64,000 nt of DNA, taken from positions 33,528-97,527 of the forward strand of contig CAYYMW010000001.1 in the NCBI GenBank assembly GCA_964472515.1, read 5' to 3'. Below the pieces are notes generated by a model. It had not been told where the DNA came from, made no database searches, and worked only from the letters and a program-made list of their open reading frames with translations. Made by a program: the position numbers and the translations under genes. Within the stretch, counting starts at the first letter, position 1. Each line of letters opens with the position of its first letter. This stretch comes from an uncultured Verrucomicrobiota bacterium. GTDB taxonomy: Bacteria; Verrucomicrobiota; Verrucomicrobiia; Limisphaerales; J093. Of this stretch, positions 9,371 to 16,438 are shown one piece after another.

Positions 9371-9398
9371 TGAGGGTTTTCACTTCCTCCGGCGTAAG
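9371..9398 (+). promoter_or_regulatory. ECF-type promoter copy B (TGAGGGTTTTC-N11-CGTAAG)
   Basis: Exact consensus copy, 61 nt upstream of ATG 9459. Confidence 0.6.
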
Positions 9399-9458
9399 CA
9401 GAGAGGATGGAAACCGCAGTGGTTTTCACCGTGAAACATTAAAAGCAAACAAGCCGAC

Positions 9459-9833
9459 ATGAACATTATGAACCACGTATTAAAACGACTCCTCCCCGCC
9501 GGTTACGCACTCGCGATGGCTGCTCTGCTGCCTCTGAGCGCGGCTCAGGCTGCCGAAGCCAAGACTGAGAAACCGAAGCCCTATCCGCTGAAGACCTGCG
9601 TGGTTTCCGGTGAGAAGTTCGGCGGCGACATGGGCGATCCCTATATTTTCACCCACCAGGGCCGCGAAATCAAACTCTGCTGCAAAAGCTGCCTGAAGGA
9701 CTTCAACAAGGAGCCCGCGAAATACATCAAGAAGCTCGAAGAAGCGGAAAAGGCGGCGAAAGACAAAAAGGCCGGCGGTTCAACAGCGCAGGGGCAGTCG
9801 GGACATGCGGGCCACGACGGGCACAAGCACTGA
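9459..9833 (+). CDS. secreted YHS/TRASH-like metal-binding protein with His-rich tail
   Basis: 124 aa with signal peptide 'LLPAGYALAMAALLPLSAAQA'. 'CVVSGEKFGGDMGDPYIFTHQGREIKLCCKSC'. C-terminus 'GHAGHDGHKH'. Confidence 0.7.
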   Translation: MNIMNHVLKRLLPAGYALAMAALLPLSAAQAAEAKTEKPKPYPLKTCVVSGEKFGGDMGDPYIFTHQGREIKLCCKSCLKDFNKEPAKYIKKLEEAEKAAKDKKAGGSTAQGQSGHAGHDGHKH

Positions 9834-9836
9834 AGC

Positions 9837-9858
9837 CCATCCTCCCCGGGGAGGATGG
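9837..9858 (+). terminator. GC-rich palindromic hairpin (candidate intrinsic terminator)
   Basis: 'ccatcctcccc' pairs with 'ggggaggatgg' as a perfect 11+11 palindrome, 4 nt after stop 9833. No U-tract follows. Confidence 0.4.
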
Positions 9859-9863
9859 CCGTC

Positions 9864-9891
9864 GGAGGGTTCTCGCCCGCGCTGGCGTAGT
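9864..9891 (+). promoter_or_regulatory. ECF-type promoter copy H (GGAGGGTTCTC-N11-CGTAGT) upstream of triad 2
   Basis: Variant copy with the same spacing, about 100 nt upstream of ATG 9990. Consistent with ECF autoregulation. Confidence 0.5.
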
Positions 9892-9989
9892 AGGGGATGA
9901 GCCTGACAATTCAGCGACCGGCGTTGGCGGTAGCCCAATCGGAAATCGTCGCCGGGTTGGCGGGCCGAGTCTGTGAACAGCGAAGACAC

Positions 9990-10340
9990 ATGAATTCAGA
10001 ACATTCAGTCAACGACGAGGATCTGAGCCGGCTGCTCCAGAGCTGGCGGGTGGATACGCCACTTCCGCCGCGCTTCAAAGAAGGGGTGTGGCGAAGGATT
10101 GAACGGGAAAACGCACCAAGCCCCAGCTTGTGGCAGCAGTGTTGGGAGGTGTTTGTGGGCCGCGCGGCCGGGGTGCTGCGTCAACCGGTGGGTGCGGCCA
10201 CCTATCTTTTGGCACTATTGATCGCGGGAGCAGGCATGGGCTACTGGAGTTCCGCCCGATTCGCGAACCACACGGAAGAAACGTGGCGCTCGGCCTATGT
10301 GCAGGCTGTGAATCCCTACTCCACCGCGCCTGAACGATGA
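9990..10340 (+). CDS. putative single-pass anti-sigma factor (CnrY position), triad 2
   Basis: Start at ATG 9990 (MNSEHSVNDEDL...). 'LPPRFKEGVWRRIERENA' followed by the TM segment 'ATYLLALLIAGAGMGYW'. ATGA overlap with the next gene. Confidence 0.55.
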   Translation: MNSEHSVNDEDLSRLLQSWRVDTPLPPRFKEGVWRRIERENAPSPSLWQQCWEVFVGRAAGVLRQPVGAATYLLALLIAGAGMGYWSSARFANHTEETWRSAYVQAVNPYSTAPER

Positions 10341-10843
10341 AACGCCCGTGGTTCATCACTTTGCTGGGATTGGCACTCGCACTTTCCACGACTGGCGTGA
10401 TCTACGTCAGCCGGACCGCACCGTATCGCGCATTGGAGGCGTCCTGCGGCCCCGATTTGGCCTGGATTCAGAAAGAATTCCACGTCGAAGGCCCCGCTTT
10501 CGATGGGGTGCGCGCGTTGCACGAGAAATACAAGGCGGCCTGCTTGGAACGATGCCGGCAGATTGACGAAAAGAACCGCGCGCTGTCGGCCCTCCTCTCG
10601 GTTTCAACCAACGTCACGCCGGAAATCGAGCAGTTGCTTACGGACGCCGAAGTGCTGCGGAAACAGTGCCATGTGGAGATGCTGGGGCACTTCTTCGAGA
10701 TCAGCCGCCTGATGGCACCTGATCAGGGCCGACGCTACCGCCAGTGGATGCAAGCGCAAACGCTGACATCCACTCATTCAACGATGGTTCCGCAAGCCGG
10801 TTCCAAGCTCTCCGATGACACCCGCACCCCCGAACACCGATGA
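10337..10843 (+). CDS. membrane-anchored periplasmic metal-sensor-like protein (CnrX / CpxP-Spy-ZraP superfamily), triad 2
   Basis: 168 aa, paralog of 7210-7704. Shares 'DLAW', 'CxxxCxxID', 'QC', 'ML.HF.E.S..M.P.QGRRY' and the terminal 'HR'. Confidence 0.65.
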   Translation: MKRPWFITLLGLALALSTTGVIYVSRTAPYRALEASCGPDLAWIQKEFHVEGPAFDGVRALHEKYKAACLERCRQIDEKNRALSALLSVSTNVTPEIEQLLTDAEVLRKQCHVEMLGHFFEISRLMAPDQGRRYRQWMQAQTLTSTHSTMVPQAGSKLSDDTRTPEHR

Positions 10844-11411
10844 TGCGGACCGGCAGGACATGGCCCGGCTGGCTGCCGGCTATGACGCGAGCCTCAACAA
10901 GTTGATGGACCGGCACGGGGAGCGGCTGTTTCATTACTTGCTGCGGTTGCTACGGAACGAGTCTGACGCCACGGACATCGCTCAGGAGAGCTTTGTCCGG
11001 GTTTATCAACACCGGGCCGAATTCGATGGCGAGCGCCGGTTCAGCACCTGGCTTTACACCATCGCGACCAACCTGGCGCGGGACCGCCATCGCTGGCGGG
11101 ATCGGCGCCCGGAAGTTTCTCTGGAGAATGAGAATGCCGAAACGGGGCAGAGCTTCCGGGATCGTCTTCCCGAGCCGAACGCTGATCCCAGCCAGAGTCT
11201 CGTCGTGAAAGAGCGCGGCGATCTTGTGCGACAGGCCGTAAGTGCCTTGCCGGAAGACTTGCGTGTGCCTCTGGTCCTGTCCGCGTATGAAGAACAGTCG
11301 CACGCAGAGATCGGCACGGTGCTCGGTTGCACCGCCAAGGCCGTCGAGATGAAACTCTACCGTGCCCGGCACGAGTTGCGAAAGCGCCTGGCTCTGGTGT
11401 TTGCGGTTTGA
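10815..11411 (+). CDS. ECF sigma factor, triad 2
   Basis: 198 aa. 'DIAQESFVRVY', 'FSTWLYTIATNLARD' and 'GCTAKAVEMKLYRARHELRKRL'. Overlaps the sensor gene by 29 nt. Confidence 0.9.
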   Translation: MTPAPPNTDDADRQDMARLAAGYDASLNKLMDRHGERLFHYLLRLLRNESDATDIAQESFVRVYQHRAEFDGERRFSTWLYTIATNLARDRHRWRDRRPEVSLENENAETGQSFRDRLPEPNADPSQSLVVKERGDLVRQAVSALPEDLRVPLVLSAYEEQSHAEIGTVLGCTAKAVEMKLYRARHELRKRLALVFAV

Positions 11412-11562
11412 CGGTTTCTCTCCTCGGCCCGCTGATCAAATCTGGGGCGTCGCGGCGGCGCGCATTCACGTGTATTACCGTGACTCGCCTGCCTACGGCT
11501 CCGCTTCCGCGTGCGGACACGTCCCTCGCCAGACTGACGGCATCCCGGAAACGCAGCGTGGC

Positions 11563-11590
11563 GGAGGGATTGAGCCGGCTGCTCCGTATT
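11563..11590 (+). promoter_or_regulatory. ECF-type promoter copy G (GGAGGGATTGA-N11-CGTATT), no convincing ORF downstream
   Basis: Same GAGGG block, 11-nt spacer and CGTA core. It is followed by about 200 nt without a credible CDS before copy K. Confidence 0.4.
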
Positions 11591-11793
11591 CAAGGGTGAA
11601 TCATGCGCGCAACTGCCAAACAGATTTCGCTACACAGTTGGACCAGCATTTCGTTTGAAGTGCCCGTGACGCTGAAGTCTGCCAGACATCACGCCTATGA
11701 AGAGGGTGGAGATGCCCGCTTGGTTGCAGATGGCTTCTGCGTTTCTAGCCGTCCCAATCGCAGAATCACAAAGCGATCAAGTCGCTGCGATTC

Positions 11794-11821
11794 CGAGGGG
11801 TTGCAAGGGGCAGCGCGTATT
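11794..11821 (+). promoter_or_regulatory. ECF-type promoter copy K (CGAGGGGTTGC-N11-CGTATT)
   Basis: Variant copy 91 nt upstream of small ORF 11912 and 282 nt upstream of the TRASH gene at 12103. Confidence 0.45.
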
Positions 11822-11911
11822 ATCTCATGAGCGCCGCCACACGAGACCTGATCGCGCAGCGTCCGCAAACACAGTGCGAATTGAATCGCAAACACTAAAA
11901 TGGACTGACCT

Positions 11912-12082
11912 ATGAGCAAGACCACCGAAGCCATCCTTGAAATCCTCCGTAACCCCAAGCACCTCTTCCGCAAGACCGATGCGCATGCTGCCAAGCGGCA
12001 TCGGAACCGTTATGAACGGCGCAAGCTCAAGGAATACCTGCACCGGAGCAACTGGCAGGATGCCCCACTCGGCACGCACTAG
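11912..12082 (+). CDS. small basic hypothetical protein (56 aa, below the ORF-track cutoff)
   Basis: Hand-translated as MSKTTEAILEILRNPKHLFRKTDAHAAKRHRNRYERRKLKEYLHRSNWQDAPLGTH. Downstream of promoter K and 20 nt before the next gene. Confidence 0.3.
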   Translation: MSKTTEAILEILRNPKHLFRKTDAHAAKRHRNRYERRKLKEYLHRSNWQDAPLGTH

Positions 12083-12102
12083 ACACACTCGGTCATCCGC
12101 AC

Positions 12103-12363
12103 ATGAGTCTGGGCATTGAAGACACGATTGGTTACCAGCACGAAGGCGAGTGCTGCGCGGTGTGCGGAAAAGCGCTCAAGCCCGGGGAGGCGTTAGCCAC
12201 GATGCATCGGAGTGGGAGCAAACTGCCCATCTGTTGTCCGCTTTGCTTTGAAGCATACCAACAGGATCCAAAGCCTTATCTGGAGCGATTGGCGCGACGG
12301 ACTCTTTTGCAGGAACTGCGCAACGTGGGTGGCAACACATCCGGGCAGAGCGACCGCAGTTGA
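12103..12363 (+). CDS. TRASH-type Cys4 mini-protein
   Basis: 86 aa. 'CAVCGK-x21-CCPLC' fits the TRASH spacing. Paralog of 25841-26071, sharing 'IEDTIGYQ' and 'DP.PYL.RL'. Confidence 0.7.
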   Translation: MSLGIEDTIGYQHEGECCAVCGKALKPGEALATMHRSGSKLPICCPLCFEAYQQDPKPYLERLARRTLLQELRNVGGNTSGQSDRS

Positions 12364-12411
12364 CGAGGAATCGTGGATGCCCGCACCCGCGCAGTCCCAT
12401 CACGGGGGAGG

Positions 12412-12747
12412 TCAGCTCACGGCGATCAGTGAAACCCGTTCCCCCTTCTCATTGCGAGCGGTGCCATGGGCGTTAGGGTCCAGCACCGGGACACCGTCCA
12501 CCAGAAACACGTATTGGTGATAGCCGTGATGCAGTTGGACATGGGCCAGCCATGATCCATCCGGTTGACGTTGCATCGGGGTTTCCCAAGGCTGCCAGCC
12601 ATTGAAGTCTCCGATCAGGGCAACCCAGGCGGCCTGTGGGGCGATGCAGTAGAAGTTGACTGGCTTGATGTTGTGCTTCGCCGAGTAGCGATTGGGTCGG
12701 ATCACGAAAGGCAACTCGTAGGTTGGTGTTTCCAGTTTACTCATCAT
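12412..12747 (-). CDS. stand-alone CBM48 / AMPK-beta glycogen-binding-like domain protein (copy 1)
   Basis: 111 aa. 'VALIGDFNGWQPWETPMQRQPDGSW...HGYHQYVFLVDGVPVLDP' matches the AMPK1_CBM/E-set pattern. No signal peptide. Confidence 0.7.
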   Translation of the reverse strand: MMSKLETPTYELPFVIRPNRYSAKHNIKPVNFYCIAPQAAWVALIGDFNGWQPWETPMQRQPDGSWLAHVQLHHGYHQYVFLVDGVPVLDPNAHGTARNEKGERVSLIAVS

Positions 12748-12801
12748 TCATCGCTCCAGTCTGTCTCTTTGGGCGGACATCCGCGCACCGTGTTCATTTT
12801 T

Positions 12802-12830
12802 ACTACGGCGCGGCGAGGCCTTCTCCCTCA
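12802..12830 (-). promoter_or_regulatory. ECF-type promoter copy F (TGAGGGAGAAG-N12-CGTAGT) facing CBM48 gene
   Basis: Minus-strand variant with a spacer one nt longer, about 55 nt upstream of start 12747. Divergent from copy E. Confidence 0.35.
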
Positions 12831-12925
12831 CGACCGGCACCATGCGCCGGGAACTGGGTGAATCTGACGCTGAGAAACGGCGGCAGGATCTCACTGGAAG
12901 CGAACGGTGATGCCGGCGGAAGTGC

Positions 12926-12953
12926 TGAGGGGTTTCAGCTTCCGGCTCGTAAG
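12926..12953 (+). promoter_or_regulatory. ECF-type promoter copy E (TGAGGGGTTTC-N11-CGTAAG)
   Basis: Near-consensus copy 135 nt upstream of ATG 13088. Confidence 0.6.
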
Positions 12954-13087
12954 CAGTTTGTGAAAGACATGAACACCGTCGCTCGATCACTCGACTCTTG
13001 GCCGGAGATGTTTCGGCACACTGGCCCACGCCGGTGCGAGTTAGTGGCGGCGGGTTCAATAAACCAACCAAAGGAAAGACACACCGT

Positions 13088-13537
13088 ATGAATACAAGAA
13101 CTGTTATCACAACGAGCCAGCGCCTCGCGCCGGGGGTGGCAATCGCCCTGTTGCTCTTTGCCGCAACGGGATTACGGGCAGCGGACTTTGAGAAGGGAGC
13201 CACACGGCTGATGCGGATGGGCCGGCCCGAACCGGTGCCGGAGAAATCGGATTTCAAACCGATGTCCTGTCAGAAATGCAGGGACGTGGTCACGCAGGTG
13301 CCCGACTGGAGCGCCAAGGGCGGGCAGATCATGATGGCCGGGGGGCGTCCGACCAAGCCAGTGGTGCGGCACCAGTGCGAAGGCTGCGCGACCACACTCG
13401 AAGTCGTGGGGCATGGGAAAGCCAAGACCCAGCTGGCAAAGCACACCTGCACCAGTTGTGGCAGCGAAAACGAGGGGTGCTGCTCGACCAGCAAGGCCAA
13501 GCCGACCCTCACCAAAGGCATGGAGAAGGCGAAATAG
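13088..13537 (+). CDS. secreted 8-Cys (3x CxxC + CC) protein, family A
   Basis: Start at ATG 13088 gives a signal peptide ending '...LLLFAATGLRA'. Motifs 'MSCQKCRD', 'RHQCEGCAT' and 'KHTCTSCGSENEGCC'. Paralog of 30288-30740. Confidence 0.65.
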   Translation: MNTRTVITTSQRLAPGVAIALLLFAATGLRAADFEKGATRLMRMGRPEPVPEKSDFKPMSCQKCRDVVTQVPDWSAKGGQIMMAGGRPTKPVVRHQCEGCATTLEVVGHGKAKTQLAKHTCTSCGSENEGCCSTSKAKPTLTKGMEKAK

Positions 13538-13555
13538 GTCCAACCGATTCCTCGA

Positions 13556-14215
13556 ATGAGTTCGCTCAATGTTTTAGACGCGGTTCACGCGAGCCCTGGA
13601 CGACCGAAGGTCCGACAACCCAATTCGGCAGCCGTGCCGGACGTGCCCGCTCCGAAGACCACACGCCTGGGTAACATTATCAGTCCCGACCGCCGCAACG
13701 ACGTTTCCGCCGCCGCACCCGGCGTGCGGCTGGTTCTGGCCCTTTCAGGCTATTCAGCGATCCATCCAATTCTCGATGCGTACGAGATGATCTGCCGCCA
13801 GCTTCAGCCGGAGTTCAGGGTGGAGGAGTCGTGGTGGAACTTTCACGCGCTGGCGCATCCCTCATTGCGCGATGTCACTGTGGCAGACGCGGCCCGGGCG
13901 GACATCATCCTGATTGCCCTGCACAACGCCTCCGACCCGCTGTTGATGCTGCGCGCCTGGGTGGATGCATGGTCCAACCGTCGAGAGGCGGATGAGGGTG
14001 CGCTCGTGCTGTTGCTGCCCACGCCGAGTGCGGAAGCCAGCAGCTTCGGCAGCATTGAGGTGTATCTGCGCGAGGCGGCTCGAATTGCCCCAATGGACTT
14101 CTTCGTCAATGCGCCGCCGATCTCGTTGATAGAACGAAGCCACGCATCGCGAAGGCTCGCCGCCAAGCAGCTTTGCTCGTCCGAATCCACCCGGTGTTGG
14201 GGCATCAATGAGTAG
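13556..14215 (+). CDS. hypothetical protein
   Basis: 219-aa ORF with coding-like composition. No motif recognised and the start is uncertain. Confidence 0.4.
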   Translation: MSSLNVLDAVHASPGRPKVRQPNSAAVPDVPAPKTTRLGNIISPDRRNDVSAAAPGVRLVLALSGYSAIHPILDAYEMICRQLQPEFRVEESWWNFHALAHPSLRDVTVADAARADIILIALHNASDPLLMLRAWVDAWSNRREADEGALVLLLPTPSAEASSFGSIEVYLREAARIAPMDFFVNAPPISLIERSHASRRLAAKQLCSSESTRCWGINE

Positions 14216-14425
14216 CAGGCCATGCCTATTGATACCGATATGCCGCCCGGCTCTGGGGAAACCTCGGTCGCCGCGCCGCCGCTCCACGCCGTGAAAATGC
14301 CTTTCGCCGGTGGGCGAACGACCCTCTCCCGGTGTTGCTCCTACGGGAGGAAACCGCAGTGCTCCGGCTGGTCCAGGAGACGACGCCAACCACGGCGGGT
14401 GGTGTCAACAAGGCTCTGACTCCCG

Positions 14426-15136
14426 ATGGTTGCCGCGCTCCAACCTTCCCGCGCCGTCCTGGACGCGGCCGATGCGGATGACATGAACCGCTTGACGGCG
14501 GGTGATGATGAGGCTCTTCGCCGGCTGATGCTTCGGCATCAACGCCCGCTCTTGGACCGATTGTCGCGCATGCTGGGCAATGCCACAGAAGCGGACGAAC
14601 TTTTCCATGAGGCTTTTCTCAGGGTGTATCGCCATCGCCATTCTTTCCGCCCGGGGGCGCGGTTTCAGTCCTGGCTCTACACCATCGCTTTGAACCTGGC
14701 GCGGAACTGCCTGCGCACCCGCCGCCGCCAGCCCACTATTGTCCCGCTGCCTGATGACGATGCAGGCAACGGCGTCGTGACCGCAGCCGACTTGCTCGAT
14801 GCGAGTCCGGCACCAGAGGAAGTCCTGGCGCGAGCCGAGTGGTTGGCGGGCTTGGACGCCGCCCTCGCTGCCCTGCCGCCTCAATTGCGCGAGCCACTGG
14901 AACAGTTCGCCTTCGAGGATCGCGGGCAGGCTGACATTGCGGCGGGTTTGGGCTGCACCACCAAAGCCGTGGAAGCCCGTGTTTATCACGCCCGGCAGCA
15001 GGTGCTTCACGCGTTGGAAAGCTGCGCAAGAAAGTCTGAGGGGTTTCATCTTCCCCGGCGTAGGCTCAAGAGGAAGCCGCCTTCTGTGGGCAAAGATGCG
15101 AGTGCCCCGGCAGGTTGCGAAACAGAAAGACCATAG
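14426..15136 (+). CDS. ECF sigma factor (third copy), with ~40-aa non-conserved tail
   Basis: 236 aa. 'ELFHEAFLRVY', 'FQSWLYTIALNLARN' and 'GCTTKAVEARVYHARQQVL'. The tail after about aa 195 overlaps promoter copy D. Confidence 0.85.
   Translation: MVAALQPSRAVLDAADADDMNRLTAGDDEALRRLMLRHQRPLLDRLSRMLGNATEADELFHEAFLRVYRHRHSFRPGARFQSWLYTIALNLARNCLRTRRRQPTIVPLPDDDAGNGVVTAADLLDASPAPEEVLARAEWLAGLDAALAALPPQLREPLEQFAFEDRGQADIAAGLGCTTKAVEARVYHARQQVLHALESCARKSEGFHLPRRRLKRKPPSVGKDASAPAGCETERP
15037..15064 (+). promoter_or_regulatory. ECF-type promoter copy D (TGAGGGGTTTC-N11-CGTAGG)
   Basis: Near-consensus copy 88 nt upstream of ATG 15152, embedded in the 3' tail of the sigma ORF. Confidence 0.55.
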
Positions 15137-15151
15137 ACGTAAAACAAACAA

Positions 15152-15700
15152 ATGAAACCAACGACACTGCTAATCGGAACCACAATTCTCATTGCCACTG
15201 CCACGGGGCTGCACGCCCAGGGATGTTGCAGTGCGTCTTCGGGCGCGACGGGGCACGCCGGACACGGCCAAGCCACGGCCAGCGCCCCCGCCAAGGCCGC
15301 CTTGCCGAAGCTCGACTTGAAAGGAGCGGCCAAACCCGTATTCGAGAACTACCTCGCGGTGCAGGCGTCTCTGGCCAGCGATTCGTTGGCTACGATCTCG
15401 TCCAGTGCTTTGGCTCTCGCTCTGGCCGTGCGCGAAGATACGGCGAAGAGCTTTCCTGCTGATGTGGCGACCCAAGCTGAGGCGCTGGCCAAGGCGAAGG
15501 ACCTGGCTGCCGCGCGGAAGGCGTTTCAACCCCTGAGCGAGTCGCTCATTCGCTACGCCAAGAATGGCAACATCCCGGCGGGAACGCTCTACGAGGTCTA
15601 TTGCCCGATGGCCAAGGCTGGTTGGCTGCAAGCCGACAAAACGGTGCGCAATCCCTATTTCGGGCAGGCGATGCTCGATTGCGGACAGATCAAGGGCTAA
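15152..15700 (+). CDS. secreted DUF3347-like metal-associated protein
   Basis: 182 aa with a signal peptide followed by 'GCCSASSGATGHAGHG'. C-terminal 'YEVYCPMAKAGWLQ...NPYFG..ML.CG' resembles the DUF3347 motif. Confidence 0.7.
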   Translation: MKPTTLLIGTTILIATATGLHAQGCCSASSGATGHAGHGQATASAPAKAALPKLDLKGAAKPVFENYLAVQASLASDSLATISSSALALALAVREDTAKSFPADVATQAEALAKAKDLAAARKAFQPLSESLIRYAKNGNIPAGTLYEVYCPMAKAGWLQADKTVRNPYFGQAMLDCGQIKG

Positions 15701-15924
15701 AGCGCATCCACTGGACGAAACCGCACGGAACATGTGGTCGAGCGGTGTAACATCCCGATTACAGCCTGTGTCCAATTCAGCCGTGCGCCTTTGGCGCGCT
15801 GGCAGTGCCGTTTCCCCACGGGGGTTTCCCCACCCCCGACCTCCCTGGCGGCCCGCCAGCGCGCTCCGACCTCGGACTCTGTCCAGCGATGTGCCGCTTT
15901 GGGCTGCCTTCGATCCCATTTTGC

Positions 15925-15952
15925 AGAGGGATGAAGGTGCGGCCGCCGTAAG
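15925..15952 (+). promoter_or_regulatory. ECF-type promoter copy L (AGAGGGATGAA-N11-CGTAAG)
   Basis: GAGGG block, 11-nt spacer and a perfect CGTAAG. It ends 16 nt before ATG 15968, so the leader would be very short. Confidence 0.45.
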
Positions 15953-15967
15953 CAAAGCAACCTGATC

Positions 15968-16438
15968 ATGCAACCCGCGCGTATTCTCGTGGTGGATGAC
16001 AATGCGCTTAGCCGCAGGGCGGTGGGCTTGTTCCTGGAGTGTCCGCGATACACCACGGTGTATGCGGCTGACGGGGAAACGGCGTTGAGCATTCTTCTTG
16101 GCCAGCCCTTTAACGCAGTGATCACGGATGTGGACATGCCCCGGATGGACGGCCTGGAACTGCTGCGCTACATCCATGATCGTTTGCCCTGGTTGCCGGT
16201 CATCATTGTCACCGGGAAGGACTCGGAGAACGTGCGTCAGGCGGCGTTTGCGTGCCACGCCGTTGCCGTGTTCAACAAGCCAGTGCGGCGGGATGCCTTG
16301 CTTGAAGCGCTCGCTCTAGGATTGCGGTGGGCGGCAGAGAGATCGTTGGAGCGTTGCCCGTCCGACCTTCCTGCAATCCTTCATTCCGTCGGCGAGTCTG
16401 AAAAGGTGACGGATTTGAACAGCCCCATACCAAGATGA
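15968..16438 (+). CDS. stand-alone response-regulator receiver domain protein
   Basis: 156 aa. 'ILVVDDN', 'VITDVDMPRMDG' and 'VIIVTG...FNKP' form the receiver signature. No output domain. Confidence 0.8.
   Translation: MQPARILVVDDNALSRRAVGLFLECPRYTTVYAADGETALSILLGQPFNAVITDVDMPRMDGLELLRYIHDRLPWLPVIIVTGKDSENVRQAAFACHAVAVFNKPVRRDALLEALALGLRWAAERSLERCPSDLPAILHSVGESEKVTDLNSPIPR

Noticed and set aside
11603-11830. 75-aa ORF after promoter copy G
   Set aside because: No signal peptide, domain or paralog; Ser/Arg-rich composition; it ends within promoter K. Retained only as an alternative explanation in the orphan-promoter finding.
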